A DNA stretch of 64,000 bases, from positions 2,574,987-2,638,986 of the forward strand of contig CAJFCJ010000012.1 of the NCBI GenBank assembly GCA_904063045.1, in the 5' to 3' direction. Each line of letters begins with the position of its first letter. Position 1 is the stretch's first letter. The DNA is from Dimorphilus gyrociliatus (lineage: Eukaryota > Animalia > Annelida). Positions 37,292 to 49,507 of the stretch are shown piece after piece. A program made the position numbers and the translations under genes. The notes below the pieces were generated by a model. It had not been told where the DNA came from and made no database searches. It was given only the letters and a program-made list of their open reading frames with translations.

Positions 37292-39921
37292 AATATGTAT
37301 ATATTCATCTGTCTATATTGTTTGTTTTTGCGCAATTTTTTCCAAATAGACGTAACGCTGGCCAATTATCTTACAACGATTCTAATCATTCGTCAAATTT
37401 CGGGTTTGTTTTCTTTTATAACATTGCATTCGCACCATGTCGATTATAATCTTATTAATTAATTTTTTTTTATATTATGCTTTTATTTTATTTTAATTAA
37501 TTTTTTCATTTGTTCATTTTTTTTTGACGCTTTACTTGGATGAATGCTTCTTTTTATTTAGTGATTTCTCAATAATTTCGAGCGATTCTTTTTAATTATA
37601 TTACTATTTTACATATATAAATTATATGTATATATATATATATAGTATAGCATTCTTGTAAATGTTTAATCGCTTTTTGATTGGTTGAGGAGTTGTTATT
37701 GTTTGTTTTATTACAAACTATCCTGTTTGTTTATTATTTTTCTTTCTTTTTTTTTTGAATGTTGACGTAAAGATTGAAGCATGCTTAAGTAATTAGGAAA
37801 TTAAGTAGATTCTTCCAATTGAGTTCATGTTTGTTTATATCTCTCCTGTCGGAGCTTGAATAAGTTTTAAGGAAGAAGAGAAATAATTGCACAAGTAAAG
37901 TATATATATATGTATATACTAATATATACTGTATATACTTTACTTTACAAGATCCTCTTTTATTACTTTAATTAGTGTCTAGTGTTGTAAAATTAAAAAA
38001 TAATTTAATAATGGAAAAGAGAAGAAACGACGAAAAAGAAAGAAAGAAAACTATCCAAATCTAATAAAGGTTTTCTTTCTTTCTTTGGTTCTTTTCTTTT
38101 TCGGTGAAAAATGTTTTTAAAGTTAGAAAAACAACGAAAGAAAAAGATTGTTTTTTTCCTTTTAATGAAAAATGAATGACTTTGGTGAGAAGTTTCATCC
38201 GGAAGATTATATATTGATATATAGAGAATGAGATAATGGAGAACGAAGTTTTATTACCTTTTCTTCATTATTATTTAAATCTAAAGATAATTGTTGGAAA
38301 TTAAATAATAGGCCTAGAAGGAAACTTTTAGTTATTTATTTATTTATATTCAATCTATCTGTCTATCTCTCCCTCTCTCCATCTCTCCATCTATCTATCT
38401 CTTCCCACTTCTAGTCTACCGGAAAACTTCTCACTCTTTAACTTAATTACATTCTCTGGCTGCTTTGCGAAAGAATAAAAAACGTTTTTTTATGTCTTTT
38501 TTTATGGAGAAGTAATATTTATATATATATATCTTTCTTCTTTCTTCCTATTTTACAGTTGCAACACGAATTCCAGGGCTCCTAATCAAATTAGGATTGT
38601 CGTTGCCGGAACTGATGCTTATATGAATGTTGTATTAAGACCTTACGTGGAACAATTTTCCGCCAAACCTCCAGATTGGCAGGCCTATGTCAAATTTATT
38701 TACATACCGCTATCTTGTACTTCCACCTTAGCCAAATACCTATCGACAATCGACTCTCTATACGCTAGCTTCTGCGAAGGCCTTTGGAAAGAGTTTTTCG
38801 ACACGAAAGGCGATAGTCCTGGTAGGTGATAAATTAACACTCGGGCTTTTTGTTTGTTTCTTCGCTGTTGCTCTATCTCTCTCTCTCTCTCTGTCATTCT
38901 GGATTTTTCTCTTATTCTACTGTTTTCTTATATATACATATATATATATATATACATTTATATACGTTCCAATATATTATAGTCTTTTTCTATTGTACCC
39001 TTTTCAGACTCGAACGAAATTGTTAACAAGTTGCAACGGTACCTGGAGAAATGTCATCATACTGTTCAAATGCCAATCGCTGAAGCTCTAATTGTTCGTA
39101 AGGATAAATGGTTAGCAGATTCGCTATTAAAATAGAGTTGATATACCTATATACTATACACTTATTTATACATGTTTATACGATTTTCCAGCCATTTGGC
39201 ATTTAATTCGGAAGACGACTCGAACCGTATCTCTGTACCATTCATCATGGACGTTCGAGTTGGACCTATCGAACTACCAAATGTTAATCTTTGTTCAGTT
39301 GACTACGATGAATCGTCATCCTCCGTTGTAATGGGACCAAACTCACCACCTAGTTCAACGTCAGGTAGCACGGACCGTCGACAAGAGCATTCGCCACCTG
39401 GTTCACCAAACTTTAGTGCCAATACAACAACCTCAAATCTTATGTCTCCTAGTGATAATAGAATCGAATTAATCGACCTCCAATTAGATTACTGGCACCC
39501 AGCCTCCCTTGAAACTTGTAAGGAGAGGGAAAAAGAAAAGGAGAAATCCTTTAAGAAAGAAATAAAATGCTCTTTAAAGACTCAATTCAAAAGTGTGCTA
39601 ATATATAGACTGATTCTTCCCAATAAAATAAATGATCCTCATTTAATAAGCCTAACCATAGCAACAAAGGAAAAGTCGAAAAAATTAATGAGAATTGGGA
39701 AGAAGAATAAGGAAGAATCAAAGACGCAATTAATGATAAATAGACTGGTGTGCACGACCAAAAGCCAAAGCCAGGCACTTTCTACTCATATAGACGGGCA
39801 CGAATGGCAGGCAGTAAAATTCTTCCAGATAAATCCATTATGGCCGACTCACGTCAAATATTTACCATTTTTAATTGCAGTAGATGAATTCAGTTATTCA
39901 TTGCCCATTAATATATCTTAA
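22804..39921 (+). CDS. PACS: Phosphofurin acidic cluster sorting protein, 10 exons, ~824 aa
   Basis: Exons 22804-22910, 26747-26834, 28586-28675, 30223-30727, 32724-32953, 34520-34666, 36157-36368, 38559-38821, 39008-39110, 39192-39921, totalling 2475 nt in frame. Motifs: PVRMKLFANFDID, MLQRRKRYRNRTILGYKTLA, acidic cluster SEDDLEDDSYEED, STPKPKLKPFF, IDLQLDYW, INRLVCTTK, VKFFQINPLWPTHVKYLP. Confidence 0.96.
23928..23968. repeat. (AT)n microsatellite in PACS intron 1
   Basis: Seen directly. Confidence 0.9.
29098..29138. repeat. (TA)n microsatellite in PACS intron 3
   Basis: Seen directly. Confidence 0.9.
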
Positions 39922-40099
39922 AGAAACAATATAACACATACAACCAAACCTTATAAACGCATTCGTACGTACAAACAAACAAACATTCATTCATTCATTC
40001 ATACATACATATTTACCTGCACACGTATATTTATACATTTACAAACAAAACATTTGGTTTTATTATATTAACGATGGCGTTTTGGATGGCATTAATGAC

Positions 40100-40240
40100 T
40101 ATAATAAGGATGCGGATGATAATGATGATGACGATGATGTTGATGACGATAACGATGATGATGATGACGACGATGATGATGATAATAATAATAATAATAA
40201 TAATAATATTAATGATAATTATGATTACTATGATGAACAA
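40100..40240. repeat. Compound (GAT/GAC)n-(AAT)n microsatellite downstream of the PACS stop
   Basis: Trinucleotide runs are visible directly and account for the poly-D/N, poly-I and poly-M ORFs in the track. Confidence 0.9.
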
Positions 40241-40368
40241 AAAAAAAGACAATGCTATTATTTTTTTTTCAATTGAATTTTCTAGTCTTTTCTCTGCCTA
40301 ATTTGTTTTTACATATGTATTTGTATTTGTATTTATGTGTGTAAGAGAGAAGGAGAGGAAAGAAAGTG

Positions 40369-40402
<34 letters not shown>

Positions 40403-41729
40403 TAAGCATTTAAGGTATATTCCTTATCTACCCATCTATCTGTCTCTCTTTCTTACGCCCTCTCTCTCTCTCTCTCTCTCTCCCTCACTTCCCTCTTCTC
40501 TCCGTCTCTCTTCCTTCCTTCTCGTACTGATTTATATGTTAATTATTTTCATTGTAACAGAAAACTTCTATATTTTGTTTTATTCTTTTTTTTGCGGTGC
40601 TTTACGCGTTCCATTTATCTTTAAAAAAAAATAAAGAAAAAGAAAGAAAAGAGACAAAAAAAGGAAACAAAACGCAGAGCATCAGTAACTAGTAGCTCAA
40701 TAAGATAATAAATAAAATTATGTGTACAAGTATTTTTCATTCTCTCTCTCTCTCTCTCTCTTGTATAACGAAGATGAAAGCAATAAAGCTGAAAGAGCCA
40801 AAGGAAAGAATATATGTATATGCCTATATTGCTAACATAATCGTTAATTAATAAGGTGAAAAAGAGAAATTATGATAAGAGAGATACGAATGATAATAGT
40901 TTTCTTTTCTTTGTTGTGTTTGTATAAAGATTGTTTTAAAAGGAAAAATTCCCAATTGTCAATTGTTTAATGCCATATAAATAGAAATGATTTAAAAGAA
41001 CAAGAAACAAAAATAGGAGGAAATATACAAAGAACAAATGAATAACGTTTCTTTTATGTTATAATAGAATGAATGAATTAACTAATCAATCAATCAATCA
41101 GTCATATATTCCTTTTTATTTCATTATATTAATATATTAAAGCAATATTTATATATAATATACATTTATTATATAAGTTTTATATAGAAATTCATCTTTT
41201 AGCTTTCTTTTATTTGCAGTTGTTTCGTTAGAAAAAAGTGTATATTCAAAACTGGCAAAACACATTCATTCAAATCAAATTGACGCCCTTCAGAGTTCGT
41301 ATCGTTTCTCTTCTTCTTCTTCTTCTTCCTTTTCCTCTGAGGAAGGCATCTCTCTCTCTACACCCTCCCCTTTTGCCTCCCTTCTTGCTTGTCTGTCATT
41401 TTAATTACATTCATTAACCGACCCTGCTCCGACTAGCGTCTTAATTTAGTCTCTTCAAGTTTTTGTTGCGGAAGCGGCTTTTTTTGCAGTCATGTTCCTA
41501 TTCATTAGAAATATTCTTCCTTCTATTCAAGACAAAGTTCCTTGTTTGACTCCTTTTATATAAACAAAAATATAAATTCTCCAATACTAATTGAGCAAAA
41601 TCGTTTACGTCCATTATTCCTCTCTTTTCTTTCTTCCTTCCGTCCTTCCTTCTACAACTCCTAGTTCAGAATTCAATTTGGGTAGACAGTCAATCAATTA
41701 ATCTGTCACACAGGTGAACATTTCCTTTT

Positions 41730-42599
41730 TCAAGGTCTAAATCCAGTTCCCGTAACTGGTTCAAACCGAGAGGCTAAATTCACATACGCTCTCCCTGATT
41801 TATCGTACCATATCTGAAAAGATTATCAAAGTAAAGATTAAAAGGGATAATAGAAGAATAAAGTCTTAAATAAGAAACTATGAGGAATCTGACTATTATG
41901 GGATTTGCTTGAAAACTATAATACTATTCTAAAAAGCTAGATTTAATCCTCTATTTATTTCGGCTTGCTGAGAAAGAAATCATTTTTCAATCAACTCTAA
42001 ATTCAAGTGAATAAACTTGAATTTTTGTTTGTAAGTTTTGTGCAGAAAGTCAACTCGAGTGTTTGTTTTGTGGTGCAAAAGTTTGATTTGTACACTTAGA
42101 GAGTAACCAATATAGATGGAGAGAAGGAGGTAGAGAGAGAGAGAGAGAGAAATATAGGGAAAGAAAGAGACAGACAAGCAGAAATAGGCAAAGAGAAAAA
42201 AAACAGGGAAATCAGCAAGGCAACGAAATTGAAATTGTTTTATTCAACCAATTCTAATAAGTTACCAGTTTATTCTCCGGTGTAAAAGAGAGATACTACA
42301 CAGATTATGGTACAATATATTAAGCTATAATGGAGTGATGCTAAATGTAAACTAAAACTTTTCTACAAACTATCTACATCGTGTTTTTTATACAAATTCC
42401 CCATTTTTAATTGTGGCTTTTTTTGTGAATATTTTGTAGACTTTGCTATTATTGCTGTTGTTATTTGCTGTGGTTTCTGTTCTTACATTTTTTTAAAAAA
42501 AAAAAGAAAAACAAGCGTTTTGTGCAATTAAAATTGTAAAAATAAAGAGATAAATAAAAGGAATGAGAAAGTAAATAATAAAATATAAGGGAAAGAGAT

Positions 42600-42630
<31 letters not shown>

Positions 42631-43803
42631 AAAAAAAAACAAATCTATTTCTGACTATTAAAATAGCCACCCTGTTAGCAAAAACTGCATTATTCCACCC
42701 GAAAATTCACCAGCGGATACTGCCTTTCTATCAACTTGCTCCAATAAAACAATTTGGACTGCAGTTTGTAAAAGTGTTTGCTGTTTTAATATTTTTTCAT
42801 AGGCGTCTCTTGAAAAATCCTTTCTCCCGTTCCCCGTCATTTTTGTTAATTTCATTCTTTCTTTACCAAATAGCGCTCTTGGCCTATCTGAATTTATATG
42901 CGGAAGAGAATTTGTAGGAGCGGCAGGAACGCTGAAGAACGTAGTTCCGTGCCGACTGTTGTCGCCATGAGTTGAAACCTTGTGCATTTTAAAACGCGGT
43001 AGAGATGGCGCTATAGTAGCGAAAGAGACGTCCAGGTAGTTTAAATCTTCATCTTTATACGGAGAGTATGCCTCTACATGACTAATCGGCTTTTGTTGGA
43101 TTAACGTAGAAATTCCCTCCTGGTTTTGAGGATTAAAGTGATAATCCACGTCTTTTGTTTATTAATTATTGTAAATCGGATGAGGGTGGGAACAAGATAT
43201 AGTTTTGTCGATAAGTGACAAACTAGAATAAAGTATATATAAAAAAAATAAAGTACTAGGAAAATAAAGAAATATCTCTTCAGACTTTTCTAAATAGAAA
43301 TTTAATAATAAGAAACAAAAAGATACAACACGGCACTTTTTTTAAATCAACTTTTTACTTCTATTCGCATTCTTCGCTTTATAATTCAATAAACTTTTTT
43401 TCTTTTAAAAACAAAAAGAGAGAGAAAGAGAGACAAGTCAATAAATTCGGCTGATGTAAAAGGGAAGGAAGGAAGGAAGGAAGGAAGGAAGGCAGTGAAA
43501 GAGAGAGAAAGAGAGGGAGAGAGAGAGAGCGAAACGTAGGTAGTGTTGAGTGTAAAGGGAAAAAAGAATGATCATAAACTAAAGAGAAGAGAACGATTGG
43601 GAAGAAAGAGAAGATATAAAAAACAAACAGAGTAACCGAGCAATTGAACGTTTGAGTACTAGAAAAGAGGGAGGGAGAGAGAGAGTGAGAAAAGTCAATA
43701 TTTTGGTTTTATTTTTAGATGTAGCAAAACTACGTAATACAACTAAAATTAATTAAAAGAAACGGCTTAGCCAGCAGAAATGAATAAGAAAGAAAGTTAA
43801 GAG

Positions 43804-43846
<43 letters not shown>

Positions 43847-46721
43847 GCAAACTAGCCAAAAAACACGGGGGAGTACGAATGAAATATTTCTGGTAGAATG
43901 CTAAAAGGTGGGCGAGAATAATATCTGATTTAAGAGGCGTTCGATAAAAATCGATTACTCTAACTAATCAGGAGATTTCATGAATTATTCACCCAGTTTC
44001 AAATTGCCAATAATTTACCGAAAAAAACACTACAAATCGATTAGAATAAAAGACTAAAACCAAAGGAAACTTTTAATAAGAAATTACAAAGAGCTAAATA
44101 TTATTTTCTCTCTCTCTTTTCTTCCTTCTCTTCCCTTTTTGCTCTATTCTTATCTATCCACTCTCAATTTCAGTCGTAAATGTTTCAAGAGCCGAGCACT
44201 TTGTTAAATATTAATCATAACAGAAATCCAGATTTTTTTTCCTCCATATGGAAGTGTCTAAATAAAGAGAGAGAGAGAGAGAGAGAAAAGGAGTAAAGGG
44301 AGGGGATCGGGAGGAGGGGCAGCGAGGGGCGAATGGGAGAAGATTATACAATAGCAAAGAAAAGGGGAATAGATCTCTCATTTATTGCTTTATTATCTAC
44401 TTTCAAAAAGAGAAAGTCTTTTCTTTCTTTCTTTCTTTCTCTTTTCCTATTTAATCAATAAAGAAATTCAGAGAATCGGGCTAAAAATACCAAAATGAAA
44501 AAGTGTATACAAATATACTTATACTTTTCTCTTACAGCATGAAAAACTGATTAGGAGAAGGTTGAGTAGTTTTTGTAAATATTGATTATTTCGTATGGAA
44601 TTTTTCATTCAGGGTTCATTCATTCATTCATTCATTCGTTCATTCTTTCTTTTATTGAGAAATTGCGTTTTTTGTCGTATAAATGATTTCGTACTTTAAT
44701 AAATATTTCTACAATCTGTATACAAATATGTACAGACCCGTTATCGATCTAAATAACGACAAAAGGTTTAGTTCAATTCTGTAACGTCGTAACTCAATCA
44801 GCCCCAGACGAGTAATTTAAATGATCGTTTATTGTCTATTAAAGTGAATACAAGTTAAACACGGGGGCAAAGGATAAACGAAAGAAGATAGAGACAGAGA
44901 GATATTCAATCATTTTTCATTCCCTTTTTTATAGCCTACACGAACTCTCAACAGTACTATCTATCTATCTATCTATCTAGGCATGTATCAATGTTTCAAA
45001 CTAGCCAGCTACCTATCCATCATCTACGTTCATGCACGCCTTCGCTACGCCTTCAGTCGTTCATTTATTCTCTCTATCATCCACCAACTAACTAACTAAC
45101 TAACTGACTGACTGATTGCCCGCCTACCTGTCCGAAGGAATTCCTAGGAGGTAAACAAATTGAAAAACACTTACCTGTTTGTCAAAAGATTGAGAGATCA
45201 ATTCGAACGTCTTCATTCTAGCGGAATTCTTTCTATTCTGTAACTGGCTGTCAGAGTAAATAAATACATTTAATATATAGAATTTGATAGTGCACATATT
45301 TAACGGAGGAATAATTCAATAGGTCAATAGATATATGTTTGCATTGAAAATACACTTGGAAAATCGATACGGCAGAAAATAGGGGAAAAAAACGTTGCCA
45401 ATTTATTTTTTTGGTCTGAAAAACAGTTCAGCAAAAATTTTCCTCTCTTATCTACTTCTCTTATCGGATCGAATAGAGTATGTTTTAAATCTATCTTATC
45501 GACATTCTACTCTTGTTATCCTCCTATTATATCGGTAATTACATTTTCTAATATCATCAACAACAACTTACAGTGAAGTCGTCTTTTTCGTCAACAGAGA
45601 GTGAGTTGTTGAACTGGTCGCTTGGGTTGTTGGAGGATGAGAGGAGGAATTCGAGGTTATGTTAGCTGCTGCGGCTGCTACTCCAGACGCCGCACCCATT
45701 GGTTTTCTTACAGAAATCACGTTGGAAGGCGTACCCGGTTGAACGGTCAGATTAAGAGGTATTCGTCTTTCTCCAGCGCTATTTAGCCTACTCTTTTCGG
45801 CAGAATCCAATAGGGGAAGAGTAGGAGAACCAAGAGGTTGGGATGAACACCGGATATGTGTGAAGGTGGGTTGTTGCCTAATACCGTAGGAGGTATAAGT
45901 AACATCGTTGCGATACTGTTCAATATAGTTGGAAGAGTCTGTAAAATAGAGGAGAGAGAAAAGTAGAGTAGAGTGTTGAGAATAATTCCGATTTGTTTAA
46001 ATATTAGATAAAAGTGTGAGAGAGAGATATATATATATATATATATTATAAAGGATTATCTTACTAAAACACAAGAAAGAAGGGCAAATATGAAAATATA
46101 GCGAATAACCTAGTAGAAAATCCTTAAAACTAATATATTTAAAGGCTTTATTTCACCTTTTATATGTTTGGATATAAAAAGTATATGGTTTATATAAATA
46201 ATAAAGTGTATATAGCATATTAATATTATAATTATTATTATACTTTATATAAAAAAAACAGTATTATTAGCAAATTCTTCTCCTCTTCAATTTATCCCTC
46301 TCAATTGAAAACAAATAGTTAATTAAATATTCATTCATTCATTCATTCACTCATTCTTTCATTTTATCTACTATCTGCCTATCTATCTATCTAACGTATC
46401 TATATTTTTCTATTCTGTACAGTCAGCATACAAACCTTTAAAATGCTTAAATGGAACTTCTATATTCTTTTGTCTTTTATAGCCAAACGACTGGGAAAGA
46501 TCTCTAAATTGTGGTCTGTGAGAACTCTTCTCCAAACCTAGTTCGATCTTTCTCAACCTTATCTTTGAATTTGGAATCCAAGCACCAAAAAGGTCAGTAC
46601 CTTTCTTATTATAATCCAAACTATTCACTTTTTGAACTTCGTCTAATCTGACTAGTTTCTCTTTACTCTCCTTTTCAACGAGGAAACTATGCGCGTGTTC
46701 TTCTCCTCCATTTTTTTTCAT
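41730..46721 (-). CDS. Orphan multi-exon gene, ~440 aa, Ser/Thr-rich middle region, no recognised domain
   Basis: Phase-consistent model (phases 1,2,0,1,0): 46721-46436, 45938-45572, 45247-45175, 43119-42711, 42481-42378, 41813-41730 (TGA), totalling 1323 nt. The first three exons have good gt..ag sites. The acceptors at 43119 and 42481 are weaker, and alternative acceptors exist at 43222 and 43151. Confidence 0.6.
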
Positions 46722-49041
46722 TCTAAACAAACGACAACTACTCTAAAATTCTTCTACCCCTCTTTCCCCTCTTCCCCCTTTTGTCCCTTTCCTCTACGGT
46801 TGGTTGGAGTAGCTAATTGCAAAGCCTGCCAGTCCGTTTCGCTCTTTCTCTCTCTTCCCTTTGCTCTCCTCTCTTTCGTAGCTTGAAATGTCAAACCTTT
46901 TTCTTTCACTAACTATATTCCTATATTTTCAATCGATACCTTTTCAATTTGAAACCTTGGCATGTTAGTATTGCTTGCCAATTGAATTAATGCTCTCTAA
47001 TCTTAGTTTTGCCTTTCTAATCCAGAGGGAGCCCTCCCTGCTTAGCAACAATATACTACCTGCGGCGTGATACAATTTGTATCAAAGCTAGTGCTGCCAT
47101 CAAGCGATTACCAGATTTGTTTAATGAAACTTTTTTCTTTTAAGTATGTCATAGCTGTAGTCGAATATGCAAATTGTTGTCTGTATCCTATATTTATCTC
47201 TCTCTCTCTCGCTCTAAAAGCAATTGATCTATGAATAGTAAAGAAATGACTTTTTATCAAGATACAGATGCTTGGAAAGTACAATCAAATGATAAAGATT
47301 AGGGAAGAAGAAATAGTATCAAATACAAAGATTATCCGACTATCTTACTGTTTTATTAATTTAAAAAAAGGAAGCAATAGGTGTTTTTTTTTTGGAATTA
47401 TTTACAGTTCAGTTTGTCATCTGTCCACGTAGTGTGTTTTTAAAAAAATCGTATTAGTGGCCAATGTAGCGAGGCGTCCTTTAGATAAGGAAAAATTACC
47501 GCCAGAGGCAATTCCAGCGTTATTTATATATATACAAAGTTTGTAACTGCTCGAAGGGTTCCCACTTAAACCGCTAAGATGGGTTTCTACGATAATGGGA
47601 TGGATGTGAGGAAGAAGGAAGAGAAGAGGGGGGAGTTAAATGGGAAAATTTGAAAGAAAAGAAAAGAGTGTACAAGAGAAGAATGTGTTTTCATGTAATT
47701 AAAATTCGATACGAGAGTAGCCAATCTGTTTTGAAGGAAAACTATACGAAAAAGGTTAACAACGCTATTATTTTCTCCCACATTCACAAACAACTTGTAT
47801 AAATAGTCTGAATATATACGAATATTATATATAATGTGTATATTTATAGCTATTTCGCTTCGTATATTGCACATATAGGATACCCTCTCTCTATCTATCT
47901 TTCTTTGACTCTCTTCTTCTCTCTTTCTCTCTATAACTACACATACAGAGACTTATACTGTATATTATTAACCCTATCAACTCTATCAGCCCTACTATTG
48001 TACATGTATGTACAATATATTATCGTGTTATGATGATTACAGCTATAAAAGCATAAAGAAGGGATAGTTCGCCCTTATTGATGGCATTTTATTTCGGAAC
48101 AATTGAATTGAGATGTTTAAAGAGGAAGAAAATGAAGAAGGGAGCAGAAGATTATAAAGACAATAAGGCTATAAATTAACAACCATAAATTCAATCTAGA
48201 TAGGAAATTGGTTAGGAAATGGGGGCACGAAGAGAAACGGCGAGAATCGAATCAGATAAGAACAGATGCGGCGAATCAAGTAGTCGGCTAATTTGTAGAA
48301 AATGTTCTCACGTCAGATAAAATTGTGATTACTGCTAAATCGATAGGTGTCTAGTTTATAAAAGCGTTTCAATGTTTACGTGTCCCCGTCTGTCGCGCTG
48401 TGATATATGATTTGACTCTGATAATCCTAATCTTTTTTTCTCTATTTTTTCTTTTTCAGTTTTTCCTCTTCATTCATTCGTTCAATCATTCTATCTTCCT
48501 CTTATTCGCTCAATCACTCATTTGTCTTTTTATCTTCTTATCCGTCCATCTATTTATCAATCCGTTTAGAAAAAAAAAATCCTGTTACATATTTCATTAT
48601 CTTGTTACATCTCTCTTTTTTACCCTTTTCTGTTCAAAGTGTCTAAACATCATCTATCATTATTCCTCTCTCTTTCTCTCTCTTTCTCCCTCGCTTCTCT
48701 TCTCCTTTCAAATATTTTCATCATTAAAATTAATTAAGATTAGAATGGAATGTTCTTTTTCGTTGAAGAATGGGAAAGAGATGGAAAAATGAAGAGACAG
48801 AGAGAGAGAGAGAAAAAAGAGATTGGGGAGGGGCGGGCGAGAGAGAGAAAAAAAATTTCGCCTAATAAACACGGCTATTACGGCAATAAAGACGTATCAA
48901 CGAAAAAATAAAAAAAAGCTTCACTTACACTCTGTCCATCCAACCAAAGTATACAGCCAATGAACGCTTAGAACGGTTCGTAAGCTCCGCCCAAACAAAT
49001 GTACATATACCACTTTATGCCGAAAAAAGTAGCCGGCCGGT

Positions 49042-49474
49042 ATGATTCCCTCGAATTGGTCTCTTCCCTTTATTGTTCCATCGAATATTTCATCTGAATT
49101 TTATAGAAATTATTCCCATCCTATTAATCTTACAACCGAAAAACCTTTTGAAGAAACTGGAAAGCTAAAATTTGGTATTGACGCAATTCTCAAAACAGGC
49201 AAGGAATTATCATTTTTCTCTCTCTTCTTCTTCTTCTTTTATTAATCAGTCAAATTTCACGTTTGTCTATATATACATATATATTTTTATGAAATATATC
49301 TCTCCTTTTAGAGAAAAAAGCCAAACCAGAAGCGGAAAGTTTGCCAAGACACTACTCACCTCCAGTCTACTATTCGACGTTTGTTCCGAGTAGGATACAA
49401 TTGCCGGCGTCCAACCGTCCAAATTACTCAGGTAATTGTAACAAAACGTATAAGGAAAAATGAATGAATAAGTG

Positions 49475-49507
<33 letters not shown>

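Noticed and set aside
40031-40301. Poly-Ile, poly-Met and poly-Asp/Asn ORFs
   Set aside because: All are translations of one GAT/AAT microsatellite just after the PACS stop, with no supporting splice context.
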